The position numbers and the translations under genes are program-made. 64,000 nucleotides of DNA from Acidimicrobiaceae bacterium (lineage in GTDB: Bacteria > Actinomycetota > Acidimicrobiia > Acidimicrobiales > Ilumatobacteraceae): positions 9,212 through 73,211 of the forward strand of contig JAHEDX010000010.1 of assembly GCA_024641005.1 (NCBI GenBank), read 5' to 3'. Positions within the stretch are counted from its first letter, which is position 1. Every line of letters begins with the position of its first letter. Shown in pieces: positions 29,201 through 38,953 of the stretch. Below the pieces are notes generated by a model. That model saw only the letters and a program-made list of their open reading frames with translations. It did no database searches and had not been told where the DNA came from.

Positions 29201-30711
29201 ACGCGATCCCACACGATGCGAGGCCGCAGCTCGGAGAACTCGGCGCTCGGGTACCGGCCGGCGAGCAGGTCGAGCACGTTCGCCAGCAGCTCGTCGGTGA
29301 GATCGTGGAAGTTGGCACTGCGCCTGACGAGCGCTGCCAGTTCTGACACCGCGACGTCACCGGTCGCGGAGGTGTGAGCCACGATCTGCTGGGCCAACAC
29401 ATCGAGTGGGTTGCGCATGTAGCGCGAGTGTTCGATCTCGCCGTCGAGCATGCGCCGCACCACCACCGCCGCCTCGATCAAGTCTGCACGATGCTTGGGA
29501 AAAATCGAGCCCTTGCTGGGCTCGCCGACGCTGTGACCTGCGCGTCCGATTCGTTGGAGACCACGACTGACCGCTCCGGGCGATTCGACCTGGACGACCA
29601 GATCGACGGCCCCCATGTCGATGCCGAGTTCGAGCGACGACGTCGCGACGATCGCCCGCAGGACACCTCGCTTGAGCTGGTCTTCGATCACCACCCGTTG
29701 CTCTCGGGCGAGCGAACCGTGATGGGCTTTGACGAGGTCGTCGGTCATCCGACCGGTATCGGGGTCGACCCCGATGCCTTGCTGCTCGGCCAGCTCGTTG
29801 AGCTTCGCGGCCAACCGTTCGGCCGCACGCCTGGCGTTGCAGAAGATGATCGTCGATCGGTGGGCCAGAACCAGCTCGAGTACCCGTGGATAGATACTGG
29901 GCCAGATGCTGGATCGGCGCTCGCCGCTGTCGGGCTGCCCGAACGGAACCGAGTCGTCGCCCGGCGAACCCATGTCTTCGACGGGAACGACGACGTCGAC
30001 CTCGAGTTGCTTGCTGACACCGGTGTCGACGATGCGAACCGGGCGCGGTGTCGCGGCATCGAGATGACCACCGAGGAACCGTGCGGTCTCTTCGAGCGGC
30101 CGCTGGGTGGCCGACAGACCGATCCGCTGCGGCGGGTTGTCGGTGACCTCTTCGAGTCGTTCGAGCGACAGCGCGAGATGGGCCCCGCGTTTGGTGGTCG
30201 CCATGGCATGGATCTCGTCGATGATGACCGTCTCGACCCCCCGCAGGGTCTCGCGTGCCGACGAGGTGAGCATCAGGTACAAGGACTCGGGCGTCGTGAT
30301 CAGCAGGTCGGGTGGCCGACGGATCAGCTTTTGGCGCTCGTTGGACGGGGTGTCCCCGGTGCGCATCGCTACCTCGGGGCCGGTGAACTGCTCGCCGATG
30401 CGCTCGGCCGCCAGCCCGATGCCGATCAGCGGTGCGCGCAAGTTCTTTTCGATGTCGAACGCCAGCGCCCTGAGTGGCGAGATGTAGAGCACGCGGGTGC
30501 GACGGGTGCGGTCATCGGGTCGAGGCGAGGTGACCAGCCGGTCGATGGAAGCGAGGAACGCCGTCAGCGTCTTGCCCGACCCGGTCGGCGCGCAGATCAG
30601 CGTGTTCTCGCCCCCGGCGATGTGCGGCCAGCCCTGGATCTGCGGAGGTGTCGGCTCGGGGAACGAGGACGCGAACCACTCACGAACGGCCGGCGAGAAC
30701 GCCGCGAGCAC
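26239..30711 (-). CDS. lhr: Lhr family ATP-dependent helicase (long form)
   Basis: APTGSGKT, TTPESLYL, DEIH, GLSAT, HHGSL, ATSSLELGID, QRIGRAGH; 1490 aa with C-terminal wHTH repeats. Confidence 0.93.
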   Translation of the reverse strand: MLAAFSPAVREWFASSFPEPTPPQIQGWPHIAGGENTLICAPTGSGKTLTAFLASIDRLVTSPRPDDRTRRTRVLYISPLRALAFDIEKNLRAPLIGIGLAAERIGEQFTGPEVAMRTGDTPSNERQKLIRRPPDLLITTPESLYLMLTSSARETLRGVETVIIDEIHAMATTKRGAHLALSLERLEEVTDNPPQRIGLSATQRPLEETARFLGGHLDAATPRPVRIVDTGVSKQLEVDVVVPVEDMGSPGDDSVPFGQPDSGERRSSIWPSIYPRVLELVLAHRSTIIFCNARRAAERLAAKLNELAEQQGIGVDPDTGRMTDDLVKAHHGSLAREQRVVIEDQLKRGVLRAIVATSSLELGIDMGAVDLVVQVESPGAVSRGLQRIGRAGHSVGEPSKGSIFPKHRADLIEAAVVVRRMLDGEIEHSRYMRNPLDVLAQQIVAHTSATGDVAVSELAALVRRSANFHDLTDELLANVLDLLAGRYPSAEFSELRPRIVWDRVNDVIRARDGSKRLAVTSGGTIPDRGLFGVFLPDGTRVGELDEEMVYESRPGETFLLGASTWRIEDISFERVTVTPAPGQPGKMPFWHGDRPGRPLELGRALGAFVREIHALPVDQATERLRDHYSLDDFAAGNVVQYLTEQAEATGVVPDDRTIVVERFRDEIGDWRVCVLSPFGTPVHAPWAMAIERRLIERYDLPVETMWGDDGIVIRLPESADALDLDVFVIDPADIDELVVAALPQTSLFSARFRECAGRALLLPRRRPDQRTPLWQQRQRAADLLAVASKYPTFPILLETSRECLQDVFDVPALREVLAQLQSRHLRLVQVDTATSSPMASSLLFNWIAQYMYEGDAPLAERRAAALSLDRDLLHDLLGAEELRELLDPGVLADVELELQCLADGRRARSADELHDVLRKVGDLTAAEIDVRCEHASGSDWLATLISERRAIEIGVADQVRFVAAQDAARYRDALGCSLPLGLPMAFTDPVARPLEELVGRFARTHGPFLAVDVARRFGAPVERIEGAIAALGSDDRVVLGEFRPDGVQREWCDVDVLRQLRRRSLAVLRKEVEPVEQDALARFMPSWHGIPAERRGADSLVEALGMLAGAPIVASTLESDVLPSRVAAYRAASLDELCTSGEVVWVGVGAIGGRDGRIRLCFADQLAMLAPGWERPEPPDEALHHAVRAHLSARGASFWGQLREAAPDATDTELLVALWDLVWAGEVTNDSLAPLRALLAGGGVVPKRASRRSGARPRPGRLTRLGPPAAAGRWSLVRPLLEPVPTLTEAAHAQALQLLERYGVVTRETVLAEGVLGGYASVYGVMKVLEERGSVRRGYFVAGLGAAQFALPGAVDRLRSERDAIDAEISPDRVPAAIVLAATDPAQPFGATLAWPTTAGRPARSASALVVMHQGAALVWFDRRAHHLVMFPAGADDLSWASALAELVRGGRERTVEVRKVDGGAIPDEVAGALRSVGFADGYRGVVLRR

Positions 30712-30827
30712 CGGATGATCAGCGATAGCGCGAGGCTACCGATGGGGTGTGGCGCCCATGGTCCCGGCAGCGGCACCCCATGTGGCGACTGCGCCGACGG
30801 TGGGACCGGAACGGTGTCGTGGTGCGA

Positions 30828-32474
30828 TCACACGAACGCGTCGGAGACGATCGTGCCGCTGTCGAGACGGATCATGCGGGAGATGCGCACGTGGTCGAGC
30901 AGCTCGCGGTCGTGGGTGACGAGCAGAACGGTGCCCGCAAAGGTGTCGAGGGCCTGCTCGAGCTGTTCGATCGCCGGCAGATCCAGATGATTGGTCGGCT
31001 CGTCGAGCACCAGCAGATTCGCGCCGTTCGCCATCAACAACGCCAGCGAAGCACGGGTGCGCTCGCCCGGTGACAGTGATGCGGTCGGCCTCTCGACGTG
31101 CGGTCCGACCAGGCCGAACTTCGCCAGCAGGGTTCGGGCATCGGCGGTCTGCATGCCCGTGCCGTCCATGAACGCCCGCAGCAGGGTCGCGGCTCCGCTG
31201 AGCTGGGCCCGGACCTGTTCGATCTCGCCGATCACGACGCCGGAACCGAGACGAGCGGAACCGGCGGAGGGTTGCGTCCGCTCGAGCAGCAGATCGATCA
31301 GGGTCGTCTTGCCCGCGCCGTTGTGGCCGAGCAACGCGATCCGCTCGCCGTAACCGACGAGCAGATCGATCGGCCCGAGCCGGAACGCCCCACGATCGAC
31401 CACTGCGCCGGTGAGGCGGCTGACGACGTCGCCACTTCGGGGCGCGTCGGGGACATCGAGTCTGAGCTCCCACGACTCGCGAGGCTTGTCGACATGTTGC
31501 AGACGATCGATCGCGCGCTGGGTCTGGGCCGCCTTGCCGGCCAGCTGCTCGGTCTGGTTCTTGCGGAACTGCCTGACGTTCTTGTCGGGCTCGTCTCCCT
31601 GGGATCGCTTCACCTTGGCAAGGCCCTGGGTGGCCCACTCACGTTGCTGCTGGCTTCTGGAAGCGAGCGACCGACGTTTGGCATCGAACTCGTCGTACTG
31701 CTCCCAAGCGTGTTGGCGAGCGAGCTTGCGCTCTGCCAGATATGCCTGCCAGCCACCACCGAACAAGGTCAGACGATGAGAGAATTCGTCGATCTCTGCA
31801 ACGCCGGTGATGACGCGATCGAGGAATCGCCGATCATGGCTGACCAGGAGTGTCGCCGCATCGACACCGAGCAACCACTCTTCGAGACGACTCAAGCCGT
31901 CGAGATCGAGATCGTTGGTGGGTTCATCGAGCAGGTACACGTCGAACTGTGACAGCAGCAGCGCCGCCAAACCCGATCGAGCGGCCTCGCCGCCCGACAG
32001 GGTCGCCGTGGGTTGGCCGAGCAGTCGCTCGGTCATTCCGAGCTGATCTGCGACGACCGCGATCCGGGCGTCGAGATCGGCGGCCCCCAGCGACAACCAG
32101 CGCTGTAGTGCGATGTCGTACCGGTCGCTCGCGCCCCGTTGACCGGATGCGAGCGCCGTCGCCGCAGCATCGAGCTCGTGCTGGGCGGCGCTGACACCGG
32201 TGCGGCGGTACAACAGATCCCGAACGCATTCGTCCGACCGGTCCGGTTCCTGATGCAGCCAGCCGATCGTCGCTATGGACGGGGCCAGCCGGATTTCGCC
32301 GGTCTCGAGGGGCACCTCACCGGCGCATGCAGCCAACAGGGTCGATTTGCCGACGCCGTTCGGGCCCACGACCCCGATCCGGTGTCGTGGGGCGACGACG
32401 AGATCCACGTGATCGAGCACAGGACGGGCGCCGCGTACCACCGTGAGGTCGGCGACGGTCAGGGTTGCTGGCAT
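30828..32474 (-). CDS. ABC-F family ATP-binding protein
   Basis: Two ABC domains (GPNGVGKS/LSGGE/LDEPTN; GHNGAGKT/LSPGE/LDEPTNHLD); no TM. Confidence 0.9.
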   Translation of the reverse strand: MPATLTVADLTVVRGARPVLDHVDLVVAPRHRIGVVGPNGVGKSTLLAACAGEVPLETGEIRLAPSIATIGWLHQEPDRSDECVRDLLYRRTGVSAAQHELDAAATALASGQRGASDRYDIALQRWLSLGAADLDARIAVVADQLGMTERLLGQPTATLSGGEAARSGLAALLLSQFDVYLLDEPTNDLDLDGLSRLEEWLLGVDAATLLVSHDRRFLDRVITGVAEIDEFSHRLTLFGGGWQAYLAERKLARQHAWEQYDEFDAKRRSLASRSQQQREWATQGLAKVKRSQGDEPDKNVRQFRKNQTEQLAGKAAQTQRAIDRLQHVDKPRESWELRLDVPDAPRSGDVVSRLTGAVVDRGAFRLGPIDLLVGYGERIALLGHNGAGKTTLIDLLLERTQPSAGSARLGSGVVIGEIEQVRAQLSGAATLLRAFMDGTGMQTADARTLLAKFGLVGPHVERPTASLSPGERTRASLALLMANGANLLVLDEPTNHLDLPAIEQLEQALDTFAGTVLLVTHDRELLDHVRISRMIRLDSGTIVSDAFV

Positions 32475-32653
32475 GTGAGAGAACTCCAACGAGTGAGTGG
32501 ACGGCCGGTTCTCGTCAGATGCGCATGAAACCAGTCAACCAGGTTGGTCGACCGATCGCCACCGGCCAGACTCGAAGGTCCGTCCGCGGAATCAACTCCG
32601 CCTCGCACACCCCTTTCGGCACCCCGACTCACCACCTCCCGAATCCATACGTC

Positions 32654-34309
32654 TTGAGCACCGTCACCCTCCGTCCCTGGCAGCGCGCCGCGTTCGATCA
32701 ATTTCGAGCCAGCGCCCACCCGGACTTCCTGGCCGTCGCAACGCCAGGAGCCGGCAAGACGACGTTCGCACTCACCTGTGCCCGCGCCACGTTGGCCGAA
32801 GAACGACGCCGGCTGATCGTCGTCGCACCCACCAGCCACCTGAAGGTGCAGTGGTCGCTGGCCGCCCACCGGCTGGGACTCCAGCTCGATCCCGATTGGG
32901 CGCCCGACCAAGGGTTGGCCAGAGACGTCCACGGACTCGTCACCACCTATCAGCAGGTCGCGATGGGCAAGTCAGCCGACAAGCTGCGCGGTCTGGCCGC
33001 GGACTCGATGGTGATCCTCGACGAGGTGCACCACGCCGGGCACGAGCGGGCGTGGGGCGACGGCATCCGGCAGGCGTTCGAACTGGCCGCCAAACGTTTG
33101 TCCCTGTCGGGCACACCGTTCCGCAGCGACAGCGCCAAGATCCCCTTCGTTCGCTACGACGTCACGGCAGAGGGAGACCTCGCTCACAGCGACTACACCT
33201 ACGGGTACTCCGACGCGCTGCGCGACGGCGGTGTCGTTCGCCCGGTCTACTTCCCTCGCGTCGACGGACAGATGGAGTGGAGCACACCCTCCGGCGACGT
33301 ACTGAGGGCGAGCTTCGGTGACGAGCTCACACGCGATCAGGAATCAGCCCGCCTCCGCACCGCACTCAGCCTGGACGGAGACTGGATTGCGACCGTGCTC
33401 GGTCAGGCCCACGACCGCCTCCGCCTGATCCGCCAGAGCCAGCCCGACGCAGGCGGGCTCGTGATCGCCATCGATCAAGAGCACGCCCAGGGCATCGCCC
33501 GGGTGCTCAGAAACCGGTTCGACACCCCTGCGGACGTCGTCGTCAGCGATGACCCCAGCGCTTCGAAGAAGATCGCCGAGTTCGCCACCAACGACCGGCC
33601 GTGGCTCGTCGCTGTCCGGATGGTCTCCGAGGGCGTCGACATCCCCCGGTTGCGGGTTGGCGTGTACGCCACCACTACGTCGACCGAGCTGTTCTTCCGC
33701 CAGGCGGTCGGCCGCTTCGTCCGTTGGCAGTCAGGCTCGCCCAGCCAGAAGGCGTATGTCTACGTACCCGACGACCCTCGCCTTCGACATCATGCCTTCC
33801 AGATCGCAGAGGCACGCCGGCACATCTTGCGACCGCCGTCCGACGACGACGAGTTCTCGCCCGACGCTGAACTCGATCGCCAGGTGAGCGACGACGATCT
33901 GTTCGAGCAACTCTCACTGTTCTCGGTCGTCTCGTCGACGGCGACCGGGGTGAAGTTCCACGCCGTCACCGAAGCCGGTGTGCAGATGTTCGACGACGAA
34001 CCGGATCCGGCGCAACCGGTGTTCGACGACGATCCGACACTCGCGATCGACCTGCCCGACATCCCGACGGATGCCGGTCTCGTCGCGTGGAGTTCGTTGA
34101 GCGTCGCCGAGAAGAAGGACGACCTGCGCACGCGCAATGCCGACGTCGCGAAGCGTCTCGTCGACATCACCGGCTGGGGCCACGCGCGAATCCAGGGCGA
34201 GATGAACCGGTTGGCCGGGGTCTCCAAAGTGTCCACCGCGACCGTCGAGCAGCTCGAGCGGCGCCTGCGCTACAGCGAGAGCTGGCTGCGCCGTCTCAAA
34301 CGGGGCTGA
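32654..34309 (+). CDS. Superfamily 2 DEAD/DEAH-like helicase (ResIII-type N-domain, Rv2917-like)
   Basis: LRPWQ, ATPGAGKT, DEVHH, LSGTPFR, VRMVSEGVDIP, QAVGRFVR; TTG start inferred. Confidence 0.85.
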   Translation: MSTVTLRPWQRAAFDQFRASAHPDFLAVATPGAGKTTFALTCARATLAEERRRLIVVAPTSHLKVQWSLAAHRLGLQLDPDWAPDQGLARDVHGLVTTYQQVAMGKSADKLRGLAADSMVILDEVHHAGHERAWGDGIRQAFELAAKRLSLSGTPFRSDSAKIPFVRYDVTAEGDLAHSDYTYGYSDALRDGGVVRPVYFPRVDGQMEWSTPSGDVLRASFGDELTRDQESARLRTALSLDGDWIATVLGQAHDRLRLIRQSQPDAGGLVIAIDQEHAQGIARVLRNRFDTPADVVVSDDPSASKKIAEFATNDRPWLVAVRMVSEGVDIPRLRVGVYATTTSTELFFRQAVGRFVRWQSGSPSQKAYVYVPDDPRLRHHAFQIAEARRHILRPPSDDDEFSPDAELDRQVSDDDLFEQLSLFSVVSSTATGVKFHAVTEAGVQMFDDEPDPAQPVFDDDPTLAIDLPDIPTDAGLVAWSSLSVAEKKDDLRTRNADVAKRLVDITGWGHARIQGEMNRLAGVSKVSTATVEQLERRLRYSESWLRRLKRG

Positions 34310-34432
34310 CGGTCGACAGCGGCACGACATCGAATGGCGTGCCGGCGTGACACGTAGCGGCCTCCCGGTCGACGAGTCGGTCGATCGGACTTGGGTTGGC
34401 TTCACCGCTCTGACCGCCAGAATGGATCGCTC

Positions 34433-35536
34433 ATGGATCTGACCACGGTTGTGTTCTTCGTCTTCGGAGTCGCCGCGCTGGTGCTGGGTGCCGAGGCACT
34501 CGTGCGGGGCGCGGCACGCCTCGCCGCCCGCACCGGCCTGTCATCCGTCGTGATCGGACTCACCGTGGTGGCATTCGGCACCAGCGCCCCCGAGCTGGCT
34601 GTCAGCCTCGGCGCCGCGTTCCGTGACGAGGCCGACCTGGCCGTCGGCAACGTCGTCGGATCCAATATCGCCAACGTCTTGTTGGTGCTCGGGATCTCGG
34701 CCGTCGTCGGCGGCGGCCTGGTGGTCGCTCAACGGATCGTTCGGATCGACGTACCGATCATGTTCGGGGCGTCGCTGCTCGTGCTCGTGTTCGCCCTCGA
34801 CAACGAGCTGCAACGCTGGGAAGGCGCGGTCTTCGTGCTGCTGCTGGTGGTCTACGTGTCGTGGACCGTGTGGGCCGCGCGTCGATCGACGAAACCCGCG
34901 GACGCGATCGAATACGACGAGGCCCTCAGCGCAGAAAAGCTCAGAACGAGTTCGCCGACCGTCGACGTCGGCTTCGTGCTCGGTGGATTGGTGCTGCTCG
35001 TGCTCGGCTCGACCGCACTCGTCGAGGCCGCCACCGATATCGCCGCATCGCTCGGCGTGAGCGAACTCGTGATCGGCCTGACGGTCGTGGCGATCGGCAC
35101 GTCACTTCCCGAGATCGCGACCTCGGTGCTGGCTGCGGCCCGAGGGCAGCGCGACATGGCCGTCGGCAACGCGATCGGCTCGAACATCTTCAACATCCTC
35201 GCCGTGCTCGGCCTGACCGCAGTGATCTCGCCATCGTCGATTCCGATTCCCGACGGAGCGTTGACCCTCGACGTGCCGATCATGGTGGTCGTCGCCTTCG
35301 CCTGCCTGCCCATCTTCGCCAATGGCTACGCGCTGCTGCGATGGGAAGGCGCCGTGTTCCTCACCTACTACGCCGCGTACCTCGGTTGGCTCGTGCTGGA
35401 CAATGGTGACCACGCGCTCAAGAACGACTATGCGGTCGCCGTGGTCGGGTTCGTGCTGCCGTTGACGGTGATCACGCTCGCCATCATCGCCGTTCGACAG
35501 CGCCGATCCGCCCGCTCACTGGCCGTCGGCCGCTGA
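34433..35536 (+). CDS. Calcium/sodium antiporter (YrbG family)
   Basis: Duplicated alpha-repeats GTSAPE...GNVVGSNIAN and GTSLPE...GNAIGSNIFN. Confidence 0.92.
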   Translation: MDLTTVVFFVFGVAALVLGAEALVRGAARLAARTGLSSVVIGLTVVAFGTSAPELAVSLGAAFRDEADLAVGNVVGSNIANVLLVLGISAVVGGGLVVAQRIVRIDVPIMFGASLLVLVFALDNELQRWEGAVFVLLLVVYVSWTVWAARRSTKPADAIEYDEALSAEKLRTSSPTVDVGFVLGGLVLLVLGSTALVEAATDIAASLGVSELVIGLTVVAIGTSLPEIATSVLAAARGQRDMAVGNAIGSNIFNILAVLGLTAVISPSSIPIPDGALTLDVPIMVVVAFACLPIFANGYALLRWEGAVFLTYYAAYLGWLVLDNGDHALKNDYAVAVVGFVLPLTVITLAIIAVRQRRSARSLAVGR

Positions 35537-36283
35537 CGGAACGAGCGGCGCCGCCAGGGCTGCACCAGCGATTCCGGCGTCATTCGCCAGAGCGGCTACC
35601 ACGAGTTCGCAGCCCGGGTCGAGACGATCGACCCATTTGTCAGGGCGCTTGCTCGCTCCACCGCCGAGGATGATCAGCTCGGGCGAGAAGAGCGTCACCA
35701 GATGGCGCAGGTAATGATCGACGCGCTCGGCCCACTCGGCCCACCCGAGACCGTCGCGCCGGCGCACGCTCGCCGCCGCACGCTTCTCGGCGTCGTAGCC
35801 GTCGAGCTCGAGGTGCCCGAGTTCGGTGTTTGGCACCAGTACACCGTCGACGAACATGCCCGACCCGATGCCGGTACCGAACGTCAGGCAGATCACGATG
35901 CCATCGCGCCCCCTGCCGGCACCCCAGGTCATCTCGGCGAGTCCGGCCGCGTCGGCGTCGTTCAGCACGTTGACCGGCGCGCCGATCGTCTCGCGGAAGA
36001 TCTGTTCGGCGTCGACACCGATCCACGATTCGTCGATGTTCGCCGCGGTTCGGACCATCCCGTGCGTCACCACGGTCGGCATGCATACCCCGATCGGGCC
36101 CGCCCACCGATGCCGACGCACGAGATCCGCCACGACACCGGCGAGACGCTCGGGCGTCGAATCGCGCGGGGTGTCGATGCGGAGGCGGTCTCCGGCGAGT
36201 GCACCAGTTGCGAGATCGACGGGTGCAGCCTTCATGCCGGTCCCGCCGATGTCGACGCCGAACGAGATCCCGGCAGATTCCAT
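35516..36283 (-). CDS. ppgK: Polyphosphate/ATP glucokinase (ROK family)
   Basis: GVDIGGTGMK, AANIDESW, NDADAAG, TFGTGIGS, PNTELGH. Confidence 0.88.
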   Translation of the reverse strand: MESAGISFGVDIGGTGMKAAPVDLATGALAGDRLRIDTPRDSTPERLAGVVADLVRRHRWAGPIGVCMPTVVTHGMVRTAANIDESWIGVDAEQIFRETIGAPVNVLNDADAAGLAEMTWGAGRGRDGIVICLTFGTGIGSGMFVDGVLVPNTELGHLELDGYDAEKRAAASVRRRDGLGWAEWAERVDHYLRHLVTLFSPELIILGGGASKRPDKWVDRLDPGCELVVAALANDAGIAGAALAAPLVPSAADGQ

Positions 36284-36362
36284 GGGTCCGAACGTAGACC
36301 AGCGAACGACCACGTCACCGGTTCGGCGAAGCGGGACCGCCGGCGACGAACTGACGCGACGG

Positions 36363-37586
36363 TCAACCCTTGGCGCGTGTCTTGCGCAACAGCGGATCGG
36401 CGATACCGAGTGTCTTGCCGGCGACGCGCATCGTGCGGCCCGCGGCCCCCGGCGTGTCGGCGTCGACGAGATTGCCCATCACCTGCAACGTGATCTTGGC
36501 GATCGCGTCGGTGCCGACGGCGAAGCGCAGGCCGGCGCGCATGAGACGCGGATGACCGATCAAGAACGCGAACCGACGCCCGGTCTGGAGGAAGTCGTCG
36601 AATCGTTCCCCGATCAAGCGGTCGTATTCGGCCGGCGCCGAGATCGGATCCTTCAGGAACAGGTCGGCCGCGAGCATGCCCGACTCGAGGCCGTAGTCGA
36701 TGCCCTCGCCGTTCATCGGATTCACGAGGCCGGCCGCGTCACCGATCGCGACCCAGCCAGGGCCGTGCCGTTTGACCGCGCTCATCGGTAGGCGCCAGGC
36801 GCGAGGCCGCTCGAGGTTGTCGCCGATGCCCCAGGAGTCCTTGACGAGGGCTCGGTACGAGTCGAGTAGACGGTTGAGATTCAGCGACTTGAACCCCTTC
36901 ATCGTGGACAACGCGCCGACCCCGATGTTGACGGTGCCGTCGCCGCACGGGAACATCCAGCCGTAGCCGGGCACCCAGGTGCCGTATTCGTCCTTGACGG
37001 TGAGGCAGGCCTCGATCAGGGCGTCGTCGTGGCGGGGGCTCTCGACGTAGGAACGGATAGCGAGGCCGTACGGCTCGTTCGGGTCCCGCTCGGCGCCGAG
37101 CATGCGCGCGACCTTGCCAGGCGCTCCCGTCGCTGCGACGACGAGCCCGGCGTCGATCGTGTCGGCACCGACGCGAATGCCCGACACGCTTCCGTCGACG
37201 GCGAACGCCGGCTCGCCCTCGACTCCGAACCGCACGTCGGCGCCCGCCTCGGCGGCCGCATCGATCAAGGCTGCGTCGAGTCGCCGACGCGGCCACACGG
37301 CGCCGTGGGCGGGGAAACGGTCACCGTTCGACCAGGGCAGTTCGCGCTCGCGCTTGCCGGCGATCATCCGCAGGCCGTCGACGCGATGAGCATCGTCGAG
37401 CGGGATCTCGAGTTCGTTGAGAGCCTGAACCGCTCGGGGCGTCAGGCCGTCGCCACAGATCTTGTCGCGGCCGTGTGAGCCTTTCTCGACCACCACGACC
37501 CGCGCTCCGGCACGTGCCGCACGGATCGCCGTGGCCGCGCCTGCCGGACCGCCACCGATCACCGCGATGTCGAACCGTTCACTCAT
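36363..37586 (-). CDS. menJ: Geranylgeranyl reductase family flavoprotein, MenJ-like menaquinone side-chain reductase
   Basis: GGGPAG, RDKICGDGLTPRAV, PGYGWMFP, NIGVGALST, GDAAG.VNPMNGEGIDYGLESG. Confidence 0.75.
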   Translation of the reverse strand: MSERFDIAVIGGGPAGAATAIRAARAGARVVVVEKGSHGRDKICGDGLTPRAVQALNELEIPLDDAHRVDGLRMIAGKRERELPWSNGDRFPAHGAVWPRRRLDAALIDAAAEAGADVRFGVEGEPAFAVDGSVSGIRVGADTIDAGLVVAATGAPGKVARMLGAERDPNEPYGLAIRSYVESPRHDDALIEACLTVKDEYGTWVPGYGWMFPCGDGTVNIGVGALSTMKGFKSLNLNRLLDSYRALVKDSWGIGDNLERPRAWRLPMSAVKRHGPGWVAIGDAAGLVNPMNGEGIDYGLESGMLAADLFLKDPISAPAEYDRLIGERFDDFLQTGRRFAFLIGHPRLMRAGLRFAVGTDAIAKITLQVMGNLVDADTPGAAGRTMRVAGKTLGIADPLLRKTRAKG

Positions 37587-37611
37587 GACGCCATCGATTC
37601 AATCGCCGGAA

Positions 37612-37926
37612 TCAGCGGGTCGGCGAGCCGCTGGACTCGGGCGGTTCCTGCTCGGCGATGCGCTGATGATGGTGAATGACCTCGGCGACGATGAACCGGA
37701 GAAACTTTTCGGAGAACACCGGATCGAGCCCGGACTCCTCCGCCAACGCCCGCAATCGGGCGACCTGTCGGTCCTCCCGTTCGGGGTCGGCAGCGGGCAA
37801 CCCGGCCGCCGCCTTGTAGCGGCCGACATCCTGCGTGACCTTGAACCGCTCGGCGAGGAGATGCACGAGGGCGGCATCGATGTTGTCGATGCTCGATCGG
37901 TACTTGTCCAGCTGCTCGTCGGTCAT
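37612..37926 (-). CDS. Chorismate mutase (AroQ type II, stand-alone)
   Basis: RSSIDNIDAALVHLLAERF...VG.YK...DPERE. Confidence 0.88.
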   Translation of the reverse strand: MTDEQLDKYRSSIDNIDAALVHLLAERFKVTQDVGRYKAAAGLPAADPEREDRQVARLRALAEESGLDPVFSEKFLRFIVAEVIHHHQRIAEQEPPESSGSPTR

Positions 37927-37990
37927 GCACGTTGGACGCTACCGGATCGTCGGCACCGGCCGCTCGGGCAACGCAGGCTACGTTCGCCGT

Positions 37991-38923
37991 ATGAGCGACC
38001 TGCCACTGCTGTTCGTCGACCATCCGTTTCCCGATCTGTACCGGGACCTCGTCGACGGTCGTGCGATCGTGTGCGGCTCGGGGACCGACGACGGGCTCGA
38101 TCGTGCCGTTGCCGTCATCGCTGGGGCGACGCGACCTTGGAACACGGCGGCGTTCGCCCAGGCCCCGAACCTCAGGGTGATCTCGCGGGTCGGCGTGGGC
38201 TACGACAACGTCGAGGTCGCCGATGCCGCCGCTGCAGGTGTGACCGTGTGCAACACGCCGACCGCCCCCATGGTGTCGACCGCCGAACACACGATGGCGT
38301 TGCTGTTCGCGGTCACCAAACACCTGCCGCACCAGATCGAACGTGCACGACAAGGTCTGCGAGGCGAACCGGTCGGTCGATCCCTCGAATTGGATGGCCG
38401 GACGCTCGGTCTCGTCGGAATCGGCCGCATCGCATCGCGTGTTGCGCTCGCCGCCCAAGCACTGGGAATGCGGGTGATCGCCCACGACCCCGGAGTGGAC
38501 ACTTCGCCCGTTCCCGACGTCGAACTGGTCGACCTCGATCACCTGCTGGCCGGCTCCGACATCGTGTCGCTCCACGCCCCTGCGCTGCCCACGACGACCG
38601 GCATGATCAATGCCGACACGCTGGCGGCCATGAGGCCCGGTTCGTATCTGGTCAACTGCGCGCGCGGCGTGCTCGTCGATCACGCTGCACTCCTCGATGC
38701 GATCGACCGGGGCCATCTCGCCGGTGCCGGTCTCGACGTCACCGATCCCGAGCCGCTGCCGGCGGGCCACCCGCTGCTCGCCCGCTCGAACGTCGTGGTC
38801 ACCCCCCACATCGCGTCGGCCAGCGTCGCCGGCCGACGGCGCCTGTACGAGCACTCGATCGAGAACGCCCTCGCGGTGATCGACGGCCGACCGGCCAGCA
38901 TCGTCGCACCGCCGGCCACCTGA
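37991..38923 (+). CDS. D-isomer specific 2-hydroxyacid dehydrogenase
   Basis: GVGYDNV, GIGRIA, NCARG, LDVTDPEP, TPHIA. Confidence 0.9.
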   Translation: MSDLPLLFVDHPFPDLYRDLVDGRAIVCGSGTDDGLDRAVAVIAGATRPWNTAAFAQAPNLRVISRVGVGYDNVEVADAAAAGVTVCNTPTAPMVSTAEHTMALLFAVTKHLPHQIERARQGLRGEPVGRSLELDGRTLGLVGIGRIASRVALAAQALGMRVIAHDPGVDTSPVPDVELVDLDHLLAGSDIVSLHAPALPTTTGMINADTLAAMRPGSYLVNCARGVLVDHAALLDAIDRGHLAGAGLDVTDPEPLPAGHPLLARSNVVVTPHIASASVAGRRRLYEHSIENALAVIDGRPASIVAPPAT

Positions 38924-38953
38924 GACACCCCCCTTGCGTGGAAGACTCCGGGT

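Noticed and set aside
32654..34309. Type III restriction or defence system suggested by the ResIII-like helicase
   Set aside because: No methyltransferase or nuclease partner nearby; matches a widespread stand-alone actinobacterial helicase type
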